Assembly (NCBI GenBank): GCA_013791935.1
Contig: VMSV01000023.1
Span: 4,779-68,778, forward strand
Direction: 5' to 3'
Source: Desulfobacteraceae bacterium
GTDB taxonomy: Bacteria > Desulfobacterota > Desulfobacteria > Desulfobacterales > UBA5616
DNA length: 64,000 nucleotides
This document shows positions 34,142-44,345 of the stretch, piece by piece; the first letter of the stretch is position 1, and every line of letters starts with the position of its first letter. The notes under the pieces are model-generated. The model worked only from the letters and a program-made list of their open reading frames with translations. It did not search any database and was not told the DNA's origin. The position numbers were made by a program, and so were the translations under genes.

Positions 34142-34434
34142 GGGAGTTTTCGTATCGGCATCGGCGGGACATGATCGACAGCGGCAAGCCCAAGCCGGTA
34201 ATGCCAGTAGGCCCAAGATCGCTCATTGAACCAGCCGATTTCAGCATGCTTTAAAACATCATGAAAAACCTTATCTCCAACCAGATCGGCCAGGGATTGC
34301 ACATCGGCATAGTCAGCGATATTCATCACCTGGGCAATGACGCGTTCAGGGATTTCAATGGCCTCTTCCGGTGTTTTCCACCAGATGTATTTGGCGGCAA
34401 AAGGTTTTAATGCATCGGGGTTAATATGCGTCAC
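34138..34434 (-). CDS. Small protein of the type found upstream of AbiEii-like toxins (putative cognate antitoxin)
   Basis: THINPDALKPFAAKYIWWKTPEEA...ERSWAYWHYRLGL. Its stop overlaps the toxin-remnant ATG (ATGA). The GTG start at 34434 is a guess; the ORF is open to 34518. Confidence 0.45.
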   Translation of the reverse strand: MTHINPDALKPFAAKYIWWKTPEEAIEIPERVIAQVMNIADYADVQSLADLVGDKVFHDVLKHAEIGWFNERSWAYWHYRLGLAAVDHVPPMPIRKLP

Positions 34435-34527
34435 AGTGATCTTGCTCCTTCTGAAAAGGCAATCAGAAAATAAGGCGAAATTTTTTCTAACTGTCTCTAA
34501 ATTAAGGGTAAAAGTCAATATAATTAG

Positions 34528-34575
34528 AAGGTGAACACCGAAACCGGGAAATACATGTCCCGGACCAAAGGGTAA
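34528..34575 (+). pseudogene. 16-codon remnant of the 3' end of yeiP (duplication scar)
   Basis: It translates to KVNTETGKYMSRTKG*, versus authentic YeiP ...KVNTETGKYMSRAKG* at 26984..27028. The nucleotide match runs along the whole segment. Confidence 0.8.
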
Positions 34576-34586
34576 TTTCGCATTTT

Positions 34587-35690
34587 CTATTCTTCCGGCT
34601 TCAGAAATGGAACCACGGCGCCCAAGGGTCCATAGTCTTTTTTCATGGACTCATAAACCGGCTTTCCCACCAGAAACGTATAGATTTCATCGGCTTTTTT
34701 TTCAGGGTCGATATCTTTGAAGGCGGCAGGATAGAGGATTTTCCCCACGGCATAGGCATCGGCCAGGGCCGTGCAAAGATTGGTTCCGTATGCGTTGACC
34801 GGCAAGAGGGTATGGACCGCCCTCTCGGAAAAAGCCTTGAAGGAAAAATAGTACTCGGGCTTTTTGAAAAAATCTTCCGTCACCGAATTCAATCCTCCTC
34901 CATCGATGAAAATCACGTCGGGGTTCATCCTCAGAAGGTCTTCCCTGTTCAGGAAAAGGTGGTTGCCTATTCGGGTTTCCAGATCCTCGCACAGGTTCTT
35001 TGCGTTGACCCTGGAAAAGGGAATGAAACTCTTTTCGGTACTCTCAATCCCGAAGAGACCTTTATGACCGATACCCCCCACATAAACCGAGGGTCGTTGT
35101 TTCCGGGAAATGGCTCGTGTACGCTGATCCAAATCCTTTCTAACGGATTCAAAGTAGGCGATCACGTCATCCGCGCGCTTTTCCCGGTTGAGGATTTTTC
35201 CTGAGATTTTGAGGGACTCAAACAGGACCTCATCGCTCCCCCCCGGCTCGCCGTAGCTTAAGATCACAAAAGGAATCCCGGATGTTTTCATGGCCTCATC
35301 CGCAAGGGGACCATCCATGCACGTAACAAAAATCACCTGGGGGTTCACCATCATGATGGATGCCGGATCCGGCTTGTGATTGATCCCCCCCGGGCCTCCC
35401 GGCCCGCACTCCGGCAGATCCCAAAGTTCCGAATGGGCGATCCAGTAGGACCTGCCTCGGAAGCTCATTTTCTCCATTTTTTCCACCCCAGCCACCTTGT
35501 CTTGAGCCTGAAGATACACCAGCAAACGCAGAGCCCCCGGCCCGATCCCAACGATCTTTCTTGGATCCCTCGGAAATTGAACCTCCCGCCCGGCCAGGTC
35601 CTTCAGCAAAAGAGTTTCTCCAAAGGAAGAACAGCAAAAAAGCAACCCGAAAAAAAACCATGTCATTTTATAATGGTACTTAATTTTCAT
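34587..35690 (-). CDS. Orphan paralog of the FecB/BtuF-type periplasmic binding protein at 27647..28747
   Basis: Collinear with the paralog. Identical blocks include GIGPGALRLLVYLQA, GKILNREKRAD and DIDPEKKADEIYTFLVGKPVYE. Signal peptide MKIKYHYKMTWFFFGLLFCC. The upstream extension to 35786 is rejected. Confidence 0.85.
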   Translation of the reverse strand: MKIKYHYKMTWFFFGLLFCCSSFGETLLLKDLAGREVQFPRDPRKIVGIGPGALRLLVYLQAQDKVAGVEKMEKMSFRGRSYWIAHSELWDLPECGPGGPGGINHKPDPASIMMVNPQVIFVTCMDGPLADEAMKTSGIPFVILSYGEPGGSDEVLFESLKISGKILNREKRADDVIAYFESVRKDLDQRTRAISRKQRPSVYVGGIGHKGLFGIESTEKSFIPFSRVNAKNLCEDLETRIGNHLFLNREDLLRMNPDVIFIDGGGLNSVTEDFFKKPEYYFSFKAFSERAVHTLLPVNAYGTNLCTALADAYAVGKILYPAAFKDIDPEKKADEIYTFLVGKPVYESMKKDYGPLGAVVPFLKPEE

Positions 35691-35805
35691 CCCTGTTTCC
35701 TTGTGTTGACTCCGGCACAACCTCCCATTAATTTTCAGACCCGAATTGTGGATAGGATCATCCAATAGCAGATTCCGGGGACCCAAAGCAAGAGCGGCGG
35801 AATGG
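35691..35805 (-). pseudogene. Decayed remnant of the FepC/BtuD-type ATPase gene (Walker-B region) upstream of the orphan binding protein
   Basis: It translates to ...PRNLLLDDPIHNSGLKIN..., versus the intact ...PGILLLDEPTSNLDLKNQ.... DNA CCAATAGCAGATTCCGGGG... parallels 29040.. CCAATAGCAGTATTCCAGGG.... Confidence 0.6.
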
Positions 35806-35812
35806 TCTTGAT

Positions 35813-37816
35813 TTACTTCCCTTCCAGAATTTCTCGGATTTTTTCATCCAACTCCCTGCCGGAAAAAGGCTTCTGAATAAAATTTATGCCCCCTTCAAGC
35901 ACGCCGCGATGGGCGATGACATCGGCTGTATAGCCGGACATGAAAAGGCATTTCAACCCCGGGCAGTACTGAAGCAATTTCTCTGAAAGTTCTTTGCCGT
36001 TCATCTCCGGCATCACCACATCCGTGAGGATCAAATCAATGGACCCGACGAATTCCTTAGCCAGACGAATGGCCTCCTTGGGGGTGGCCGCAGGGAGCAC
36101 CGTATAGCCAAGCCTTTCAAGAAGGCTTTGAGCCGTGGTTAAAATGGAAGGCTCATCCTCCACCATCAAAATGGTTTCCTTGCCGCCTTTTGGCCGATCA
36201 TCCGGCTCTTTTGTAGAATCGTTTTGAATATCACCACTCTTGTCTCTGGGAAAGTAGACGCGGAATGTGGTGCCCACGGAAGGTTCGCTGTACACATTGA
36301 CAAAACCGTTGTTCTGCTTGACAATACCATAAACCGTTGCAAGGCCCAGGCCCGTGCCCTGCCCCAGTTCTTTGGTGGTGAAAAAAGGTTCAAAAATCAA
36401 ACCCAGCGTATTTTTGTCCATGCCGCACCCGTTATCGCTCACAGTCAGAACGACATAATCTCCGGGGATGAACCCCACATGATCGGAGCTGTAAAGATCA
36501 TCAAGCACAATGTTCCGGGTTTCCACAATGACTCTTCCAACACCGGATATGGCATCATGGGCGTTCACTGCGAGATTCGCCAGGATCTGGTCCATCTGGG
36601 CAGGATCCATTTTGACGGGCCAGAGCCCATGACCCGGGATCCACACCAATTCTTTGTCCTCCCCGATGAGCCTTTGAAGCATTTTAAGGGTACCGGACAC
36701 CCAGGTGTTCAGATCCATCACCTTGGGGGCAATGGTCTGCTTTCGGGCAAAGGCCAGAAGCTGCTGGGTAAGGTCTGCAGAACGTCGGCAGGCCTTTAAA
36801 ATTTCCGTGAGGTTGACAAAAACGGGATTCTCTTTTCCCATGAGGCCCATGGCCATTTCCGTGTGCCCCAAAATGACGCTGAGCATGTTGTTGAAATCAT
36901 GGGCCACCCCTCCGGCCAGACGGCCCACGGATTCCATTTTCTGGGCCTGCCGAAGCTGATTCTCCAGGCTTTTTCTTTCGATTTCTGCTCCCATGCGCTC
37001 GGTCACATCACTGACCTGAATGATGGAACGGGTTCTTCCCTGGCTATCCACATACACTGCGCTCTGAACTTCCGCATACCCGGTTTCTCCGTTTTTTCGA
37101 ACAAAAGACACCGGGTAGTGATCGGGGATTTCTTCTCCCCTCTGGCGTTTAATATACCGCTCAACACCCTGTTCCCGGCTCTCTTCCGCCAACTGGGTCG
37201 TGAACTCGGCTCCGACCAGTTCATGGGTCTCAAAACCCAGGATAAAGCAAAATTTCTGGTTTACATACACATAGCGGAACTTGTCATCCACAATGGCGAT
37301 GCCGAGGGGGGATTTCTCCACCATGGACCGGAATCTTTCCTCGCTGGCCAGAAGATTTTCCTCTGTTTTTTTCCGTTGGGTGATATCGGTCATAAAATTC
37401 AAGGTGGCCGGTTTTCCTTCCCATTGAATCTGCACCACATTGAGTTCCATCCACTGAGTCTCCCCTTCCCGATTGATGACTCTGAAGGCATATCGAGAGG
37501 GCAGGGATTCACCATTCAATCGCTTCACATGCCTTTCAAGCACCAAATCCCTGTCCTCCGGATGGATGAATTCCGTAAACCGGATTTTGTCAACTTCTCC
37601 CCTTTCATACCCGGCACCTTTCAGCGTAACGAGGTTGGCGAATTTAATGTGGCCGTCCTGGGCCACAAAAATACCTTCCAGGGAGTTCTCCACCAGGGTT
37701 TTGTATTTGTCCCGGCTGTTTCGCAATCGATTTATGGTTTGATCCCGGTCGGAAAGCTTGGCCTCCAGGTCGATGATCCTTTTTTCCAGTTTTTCATAAG
37801 ATGGTTGATTTTTCAT
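35813..37816 (-). CDS. Hybrid sensor histidine kinase (coiled coil - 2 PAS - HisKA - HATPase - REC)
   Basis: H-box [13 protein letters not shown]. Also [15 protein letters not shown], and a C-terminal [11 protein letters not shown]...[13 protein letters not shown]. Confidence 0.9.
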   Translation of the reverse strand: MKNQPSYEKLEKRIIDLEAKLSDRDQTINRLRNSRDKYKTLVENSLEGIFVAQDGHIKFANLVTLKGAGYERGEVDKIRFTEFIHPEDRDLVLERHVKRLNGESLPSRYAFRVINREGETQWMELNVVQIQWEGKPATLNFMTDITQRKKTEENLLASEERFRSMVEKSPLGIAIVDDKFRYVYVNQKFCFILGFETHELVGAEFTTQLAEESREQGVERYIKRQRGEEIPDHYPVSFVRKNGETGYAEVQSAVYVDSQGRTRSIIQVSDVTERMGAEIERKSLENQLRQAQKMESVGRLAGGVAHDFNNMLSVILGHTEMAMGLMGKENPVFVNLTEILKACRRSADLTQQLLAFARKQTIAPKVMDLNTWVSGTLKMLQRLIGEDKELVWIPGHGLWPVKMDPAQMDQILANLAVNAHDAISGVGRVIVETRNIVLDDLYSSDHVGFIPGDYVVLTVSDNGCGMDKNTLGLIFEPFFTTKELGQGTGLGLATVYGIVKQNNGFVNVYSEPSVGTTFRVYFPRDKSGDIQNDSTKEPDDRPKGGKETILMVEDEPSILTTAQSLLERLGYTVLPAATPKEAIRLAKEFVGSIDLILTDVVMPEMNGKELSEKLLQYCPGLKCLFMSGYTADVIAHRGVLEGGINFIQKPFSGRELDEKIREILEGK

Positions 37817-37862
37817 GCATCACCTGAAGCAAACGGTTGATTTCTTGAATGATTGGCGGATC

Positions 37863-37879
37863 TTTCCGGATCAGTACGT
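37863..37879. repeat. 17-nt motif TTTCCGGATCAGTACGT, copy 1 (the identical copy is at 51082..51098)
   Basis: Exact 17/17 match between two intergenic regions. Confidence 0.8.
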
Positions 37880-37955
37880 TTATCTATACCAGATTCATGG
37901 TATAGGTTGCAACCCAAAGGGTTATTTAAGTCAAAATACCGAATTTATTAACTTG

Positions 37956-37984
37956 TTGACACCAGGAAGGGGCTAAGATATGGT
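37956..37984 (+). promoter_or_regulatory. Sigma-70-like promoter for the 38095 kinase gene
   Basis: TTGACA-17 nt-TATGGT. Confidence 0.35.
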
Positions 37985-38094
37985 GCCCGTAAAATAGATT
38001 TACCATTCTTTTTTTCCGATATCCTCTATCTCTCTCTTGCGCTCCCCCAAGGCTCTTTTCTGCCGGTACCGGAAAAATTTCATTCGAGGAAAAG

Positions 38095-40428
38095 ATGACC
38101 CGAAAACCATCCCCCCCGGGCCTGGAAGTAAAAAACCATTCCCCTGAAAAAGAACAAGAAGGTTTGGCCGGAACTTCAGACCGGCTCAATCGGCTGCTGG
38201 ATACCATGACCGAAAGGTATGTGGAGACGGATCTATCCGGCAAAATCCTGGTCTGCAACAAAGCTCTGGCTGATTTATTCGGCAGAACCAAAGAAGAAGC
38301 CGTCAACCTGAGCTATACGGATTTCATGACCCCGGACCAAAGCGGCCTGATTTTTATTGTTTACAACAGGGTCTTTCAAACCGGTACTCCTGAGGGAATC
38401 AACGATTTTGAAATTATCCGAAAAGACGGATCTAAAACCATTCTTTCAGCAACAGTCCATCCTCTTCGTGATGAATTCGGTACGGTGGTGGGCTTTGCCA
38501 CGGTTTCAAAGGACATTACAAAGGAAAGGGAAATCGAAATCGCTTACCGGCAAAGCGAGGAAAGCTATCGGAAGCTTCTGGAGCTTGCGCCGGACAGCAT
38601 TGTCATCAGTCGCCTTGAAGACGCCATGTACCTTCAGGTCAATGACACATTCTGCCAGAGAACCGGATACAGCCGAGAGGAAGTCATTGGCAAAACGGCT
38701 TTGGAGCTTGGCCTCTACGAGAATCCCGATGATTTGAAACGTTTGAGAGAAATTCTCGGGATCAACGGTCGGGTGGATGGATTGGAGATTTGCTTTCGCC
38801 ACCGGGATGGTGTGGAGGCAAACACTTTGGTTTCCGCAACACGCATCCAATACCAGGGCCAGACCTGTATGCTCACCATCAGCAAGAATATCACGGAGCT
38901 GAAAAATGCCCAGAAAGCCCTCAAAACCAGCGAGCAGCTTTTCCGCACCATTGTGGAGAGCGCCCAGGATGCCATATTCATTAAGGATCGTTCGTTAAAA
39001 TACACGCTGGTCAATCCCGCCATGGAACGACTTTATGACATAAAAGCTGCCGATTTTATAGGAAAAACAGATGATGAGCTCTTTGGACTTCCGGAAGGAA
39101 AAATAAACAGGAACCTGGAATCCCGGGTACTCCTCGGGGAAATCGTCAGAATGGATGAAGAAAAGATCTGCGGAGGAACCCATAAAAGCTTTCACAGCAT
39201 CAAAGTGCCCATCGTGGATGATTTGGGTGGGATCAACGGAATTTGCAGTTTTTCAAGAGACATGACCGATACCCGAAAGCTGGAGGACCGATTGATCCAG
39301 GCCCAAAAGATGGAGGCCATCGGAACCCTTGCAGGGGGTATTGCCCACGATTTTAATAACCTTCTGGCTCCCCTTGTAGGCTATACGGAATTGCTGAAAG
39401 ACGATATTGCCAGGGACAGTCCACTTCAGGATTACCTCAATGAAATTCTTCGAGCTACATCCAGAGCCAGGGACCTGGTCAAACAAATCCTCACCTTCAG
39501 CCGCCAGGATGAGCAAGAACTGAAACCCGTTCGGTTGGCCCCGGTGATTGAGGAAGCGGTTAAACTTCTTCGAGCCACGCTCCCCAAAACCATTGAGATG
39601 CGAACGACCCTGGATCAGGGTGGCGGCGCTGTGATGGCCGATCCGAGCCAGTTGCACCAGATCATCATAAACCTCGCCACCAATGCGTTTCATGCCATGG
39701 AAGATTCCGGGGGGGTTATGCAAATCGATTTGAAACCCGTTCGGTTTGCGGAGGACCATTGGCTCTTCCCCGAGCCGGGAGTCCGAGAATATGCCCTGAT
39801 CAAGGTCATCGATACGGGCATGGGCATGGAAAAGGACACCCTGGACAAGATCTTCGACCCCTACTTCAGCACCAAGGGTAAAAACAAGGGCACGGGCTTG
39901 GGGCTTTCCGTGGTCCAGGGCATTGTCACCAAATCCGGAGGCAAAATTCACGTAACCAGTGAGCCTGGAAAAGGAACCGCATTCCATATCTACCTCCCTC
40001 TCATCGAACGGTTTGCATCCAAGTCTGAAACAAAGGAAAGCCTGCCGATTCAGGGAGGATTGGAGCGGATCCTGCTGGTGGATGATGAAGAACCGATTGT
40101 CAGAATGCAGCAAAAGATCCTTGAAAGGCTTGGATATTCCGTTACCATACGCACAGGAAGCATTGAAGCTTTGGAGGCCTTCAAATCCAAGCCCCATGCC
40201 TTTGACCTCATCATCACGGACCTCACCATGCCCAACATGACCGGTATCCAGCTTTTGCGGGAAATCAAACAGATTCGACCGGAAATCCCCGTGATCCTGT
40301 GTACGGGTTTCAGCGATCAGATCAACGAAGAAAAATGCCGCCTTCTGAACCTCCAGGGTTTTATCATGAAACCTGTGGTCAGGAGAGAATTTGCCGAAAA
40401 AATTCGAAGCGTCCTGGATTCCCAATAA
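38095..40428 (+). CDS. Hybrid sensor histidine kinase (multiple PAS - HisKA - HATPase - REC)
   Basis: H-box LAGGIAHDFNNLL. Also DTGMGM, GTGLGLSVV, and a C-terminal REC ILLVDDEEP...LIITDLTMPNMTG. Confidence 0.9.
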   Translation: MTRKPSPPGLEVKNHSPEKEQEGLAGTSDRLNRLLDTMTERYVETDLSGKILVCNKALADLFGRTKEEAVNLSYTDFMTPDQSGLIFIVYNRVFQTGTPEGINDFEIIRKDGSKTILSATVHPLRDEFGTVVGFATVSKDITKEREIEIAYRQSEESYRKLLELAPDSIVISRLEDAMYLQVNDTFCQRTGYSREEVIGKTALELGLYENPDDLKRLREILGINGRVDGLEICFRHRDGVEANTLVSATRIQYQGQTCMLTISKNITELKNAQKALKTSEQLFRTIVESAQDAIFIKDRSLKYTLVNPAMERLYDIKAADFIGKTDDELFGLPEGKINRNLESRVLLGEIVRMDEEKICGGTHKSFHSIKVPIVDDLGGINGICSFSRDMTDTRKLEDRLIQAQKMEAIGTLAGGIAHDFNNLLAPLVGYTELLKDDIARDSPLQDYLNEILRATSRARDLVKQILTFSRQDEQELKPVRLAPVIEEAVKLLRATLPKTIEMRTTLDQGGGAVMADPSQLHQIIINLATNAFHAMEDSGGVMQIDLKPVRFAEDHWLFPEPGVREYALIKVIDTGMGMEKDTLDKIFDPYFSTKGKNKGTGLGLSVVQGIVTKSGGKIHVTSEPGKGTAFHIYLPLIERFASKSETKESLPIQGGLERILLVDDEEPIVRMQQKILERLGYSVTIRTGSIEALEAFKSKPHAFDLIITDLTMPNMTGIQLLREIKQIRPEIPVILCTGFSDQINEEKCRLLNLQGFIMKPVVRREFAEKIRSVLDSQ

Positions 40429-40470
40429 GACAAAAGAAATGGGTCTTCCTACCGTTTTTTAAGCCCCCTG

Positions 40471-42350
40471 CTATCGCCGGAACAGGTCCGGGTCGAATCC
40501 ACTGCACCCCTCTTTTCCCAGGCTCTCATACTCCGCCTTGTCCCATAAAGGGCTGAGCCTGAAAAGCTCCACATAGGTTCGGCAGTACTCCTCCTGGGTC
40601 TCAAAACGCTCATCCGCCATTAAACGCGCCTTGATATCCTCCAGGGTGATTTCCTCTGAAACCATGCGAATCCCCTGATCCTCCGAAGTATCGAACACGA
40701 TGAATTTTTCCGAAGCGTCACTGGCATTGTCCCAGGCTTTCCATTCCACCTCGTTTCCATCTCTGCCTTTCCCGGATTACCGGTATGGGCGAATTGTGCC
40801 CAGTAGGACATCATGCTTCGGGAAAGCGCCTCCCTACCCGGGGCCTTGTCCTTCCGGTAAAGGGATGTTCCGGTAAGCCCCGGCCCTGCAAAATTATTGA
40901 ATACAAATGGAATTTCCATACCATGGGCGGCACCCAGGGCTTTGCTCAGGTCGTATCCCATGATGGATCGCTCCTCATCCCAGTCAAACCGGTAGCCAAA
41001 CACCGTCGGCCCCTGGGTATCCCGTAGTATCCCGGCCAGACTGTCCACCCCCCGGACTTTCCAGGCATCGGACTGGTACCGGGCCTGTCTTTCGTAGGCC
41101 TCGGGATTTTTCAGACGGGGAAAGACCCACAAGACCCGCTTTACATTTCGGGGATCCAAGGCCATGAACAACTTGGCTTCATCCCGGTTCGTTCCCAGAA
41201 TCACCGGAACGCTGTTGAACCGGTTTTTTGCCTTAAACAAGTTTTCAATGCGCTCCAGGGGAAGAACCGCACCGTCGGCAAAAAGCTGGGGCATGGTAAT
41301 CATGCCGGAGAATTTTTCCGCGTACAGGGAGATAATGTCCCGATTTGATTTCGACCGAAGGTATTGGGCGATTTCCGCATCCGGCATGTGGTTTTGGTGA
41401 GACTTGGCCTCTTCCCGGTCTTTGACCAAACCATCGCGAATCAAGGAAAGATTGACGATCTCCCTGGCGCTGAACCGGTGGCCTGGCTGAAGGTCATCCG
41501 AGTAATTCGCCCCCACGAAAAGGGGATTCACCCGAAGGCCCCCGCTCTGGACAATGGCCCGGTGAAACAAGCCCTTGGCTCTTGGGGAGGCCATCATGCT
41601 CAACACATTTACACCCCCGGCGGATTCCCCGAAAATGGTCACGTTCTCCGGATTTCCGCCGAATTCTGCAATATTTTCCCGGACCCATTCCAGCCCGCGG
41701 ATGATGTCCAGGGTTCCGAAATTTCCGGAATTATCCTCCGGGCTCGTTTCTGAATCCTTCAAGGCCGGGTGAGGGAACCACCCGAACGGCCCGAGCCGGT
41801 AATTGACGGATACCACAACCAACTGGTGGGTCGTGGCCAGGGCCGAGCCATTATAGGTCTCCTGACCCGCGTGCCCGATGCTGTTGCCGCCTCCGTGGAT
41901 CCAGAACATCACGGGCAGGCCATGATCAGCCCTTGGAATATTTTCCTTGTCATAGGGCGGGGCCCAGACATTCAGATAGAGACAATCCTCTTCTCCGGCA
42001 ATATCATCCGGGCCGGCGTCGGGGTGCCCGTTGAGCCTTCCTGCCGGTTGGGTGCACATGCTTTCCACCCGGAGAGCCGCCAGGGGTTCAATCCAAGGCT
42101 CCGGGCCCACCGGGGCTTTCCATCTTAAATCCCCCACGGGCGGTTTGGCAAAAGGAATGCCAAGCCAGGCATGGCTTTCAAGGGAATCCACAAAACCCAC
42201 GACCCTGCCGGTTTTTAAAACCCTTTCGGTGGAAGGATCTGCCAAAGCCGTCCCGGGTTCCTTAACGACGGAGGACCGGGCAGAAAAGAAAAACCAGCCC
42301 GCCAATAAAATGATCACGAGAACGACAGCCGCAAGAATTTTTCTGGACAT
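40471..42350 (-). CDS. Type-B carboxylesterase/lipase (alpha/beta hydrolase) with a 1-nt frameshift near 40766..40775
   Basis: EDCLYLNVW, FWIHGGG, and the nucleophile elbow FGESAGG. After ...FAHTGNPG the family-like C-terminus (KGRDGNEVEWKAWDNAS...KFIVFD) continues in another frame (ORF 40471..40749). The shift is at GGGAAAGG. Confidence 0.85.
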
Positions 42351-42472
42351 GATTCCCTCCTGAATAAATATTTTTTGTAACTTTTATGAAGCAGACGGGT
42401 TTTACCTCTCAAAGGCTTAAACATTTAAACCCATTACACCAAAAACCTTAAATCGAAAGGAACCCCCGAAAC

Positions 42473-42709
42473 ATGTTTAAAAAAATTTTTTCTTCCATGA
42501 TGATCATTTTCTTTTGCGCAAGTGTGGCCTCCGCAGCAGACCAGATGAGAACACGAACCCCAATCAAGGACCAGAAGAAGCTCAAGGACGGGTCCTGCCA
42601 GATGATGAACAGCGGTTCCATGTTGCTGTCGGCGGATCAACTTAAAACAAGAGACCAAATTAAATCAAAGGATCGGTTGAAATTGAAAGACGGGTCCTGC
42701 AAAAGCTGA
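42473..42709 (+). CDS. Small secreted protein (78 aa) with two copies of a DQ-x-(R/K)-TR...LKLKDGSC repeat
   Basis: Signal peptide MFKKIFSSMMIIFFCASVASA. Followed by a strong terminator. Confidence 0.5.
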   Translation: MFKKIFSSMMIIFFCASVASAADQMRTRTPIKDQKKLKDGSCQMMNSGSMLLSADQLKTRDQIKSKDRLKLKDGSCKS

Positions 42710-42735
42710 TCCAATGCCCGGTATTGCATGGGGTG

Positions 42736-42778
42736 AACAAAGACCTCCTTTTCAAAAAAAGGGAGGTCTTTGTTTTGG
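42736..42778 (+). terminator. Rho-independent terminator
   Basis: AACAAAGACCTCC-loop-GGAGGTCTTTGTT (13 bp) running into TTTTGG. Confidence 0.75.
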
Positions 42779-42781
42779 CAT

Positions 42782-42797
42782 TGGCACATAGGTTGAA
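42782..42797 (+). promoter_or_regulatory. Sigma-54 (-24/-12)-like promoter
   Basis: TGGCAC-ATAGG-TTGAA carries the same non-canonical -12 (TTGA) as the element at 6448..6463. It is preceded by a second TTGGCA. Confidence 0.4.
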
Positions 42798-43072
42798 TAA
42801 TGGTTTTCTCCACCTTTTGCAAGGGATTACACGAAAATTGCTCAAAACGCAGCATAAAGGGTCCTATGCAACGAATTTCATCCCTTAGGTTCGACACCTA
42901 TTCGTCAGTTTTCAAGAAGGTGAAATGGAAGTCCCTGAAGGTTATATTCAAACCTTTCCTTGTCCTGAAAATGCTTGTTTCAAAATTCTTTCCATGGTAT
43001 TGGCCTGGCAGTTGTTCAAAAATTCCGGTTTTTACAAAATGTTACCGTATATTGTTAAAGGAGGCGTCTCGG

Positions 43073-43558
43073 ATGTTAAGCTTTGTTAAAAAATACCTCT
43101 CCCTCGCATTGACCCTTGGACTTGGATTGCTGCTCCAGGGAATTTTCATCTGTGCGGATCAAAAGAATACACCGAACAAAGCCGCCGTGGAATTCTATAA
43201 GGCCTACTATGGATTGAACGAAAAGAATATGGAGGAAAACCTTTGCGAGTCCCTGAACTCTAAAGGCTTTGCGGATCATTATGTCCATGGCATGGTTCTT
43301 TCGGCCTCGGCACGGGGCTATGATCCCTCCTACCTGAAAACCAGCTTGTTTCATATTCGGACCGAATTGCTCAACAGCACGGAAAAAACCGCAGTCATTC
43401 GGCTCACTGCCAAACAGAGAAAATCCATTAATCCCATTTTTGAATATGTGGGAAAAATCTTTTTTCTCCTGGATGAATCCGAAGTGGATCAGACCATTCA
43501 TCTGATCAAAGAAAAAGAGCAATGGAAAGTTTGCGGCGGGTCCATGGCGCTCTCCTAA
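43073..43558 (+). CDS. Hypothetical exported protein/lipoprotein
   Basis: AGGAGG lies 8 nt before the ATG. N-terminus MLSFVKKYLSLALTLGLGLLLQGIFICAD. I recognised no family with confidence. Confidence 0.55.
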   Translation: MLSFVKKYLSLALTLGLGLLLQGIFICADQKNTPNKAAVEFYKAYYGLNEKNMEENLCESLNSKGFADHYVHGMVLSASARGYDPSYLKTSLFHIRTELLNSTEKTAVIRLTAKQRKSINPIFEYVGKIFFLLDESEVDQTIHLIKEKEQWKVCGGSMALS

Positions 43559-43576
43559 CCCTTGCCGGCGGGTTTT

Positions 43577-44326
43577 ATGCAGTCCATCTATAGAGATATT
43601 CAAAAAAAAGCTCTTAAAATTGCCTCCGGGTTTCCTCCCCCGGTTTTCTACAGGGATTTCAAATACGCCTGCGAATCCTCCAGGGTTTTTTTCGACACAG
43701 ACCCCATCATCGCCAACCTGAAAAAATATGTTGAAAGCACCATAGAAAATGATTTTGGCCACGGCATGGACCATGTGGTCAAGGTGACCCTGGATGCCGG
43801 GGCCTTGCTGCTGATTGAAGGGAAAAATTCAGGATTCAAGGAGAATATCATCCACCGGAGCATGCTCATCATCCAAAGCGCCGGGCTCCTGCATGATATT
43901 AAACGCAAAGAAAAAGAGCATGCCCTTCAAGGCAGTATTTTTGTAAAGGATCTGCTCAAATCCTATCCCTTCACTCCCGGGGAGATCCTTGATATCAGCA
44001 TGGCCATCAAAAACCACGAGGCGTTTAAACCCGTGGATCCACTGAATTCCCCGGAAGGGAATCTGGTTTCGGATTGCTTGTATGATGCGGATAAATTCCG
44101 GTGGGGACCGGACAACTTCACCCATACCGTGTGGGACATGCTGGCCTATTCCAAAACCCCCATCAAAAATTTTATTGACTATTATCCCAAATCCATTGAA
44201 GGGCTTGTAAAGATTAAAGAGACCTTCAGAACGCCCACCGGGAAAAAATACGGCCCCCGATTCATCGACCTGGGCATTGAAATGGGTGAATGGATTCTTG
44301 CTGATCTCAAGGAAACCTTCGTTTGA
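43577..44326 (+). CDS. HD-domain phosphohydrolase family protein
   Basis: GHGMDHVVKV...SAGLLHDIKR. The ORF is open from 43562. Confidence 0.7.
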   Translation: MQSIYRDIQKKALKIASGFPPPVFYRDFKYACESSRVFFDTDPIIANLKKYVESTIENDFGHGMDHVVKVTLDAGALLLIEGKNSGFKENIIHRSMLIIQSAGLLHDIKRKEKEHALQGSIFVKDLLKSYPFTPGEILDISMAIKNHEAFKPVDPLNSPEGNLVSDCLYDADKFRWGPDNFTHTVWDMLAYSKTPIKNFIDYYPKSIEGLVKIKETFRTPTGKKYGPRFIDLGIEMGEWILADLKETFV

Positions 44327-44345
44327 AACAGGATAAAATACATCC

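Noticed and set aside
40471-40749. Independent 92-aa gene overlapping the carboxylesterase 3' end.
   Set aside because: Its sequence is the natural C-terminal continuation of the carboxylesterase after a 1-nt frameshift.
42800-43072. N-terminal 91-aa extension of ORF 42800..43558.
   Set aside because: It has no signal or family features. A strong AGGAGG plus ATG at 43073 begins a typical signal peptide, and the extension overlaps a promoter-like region.
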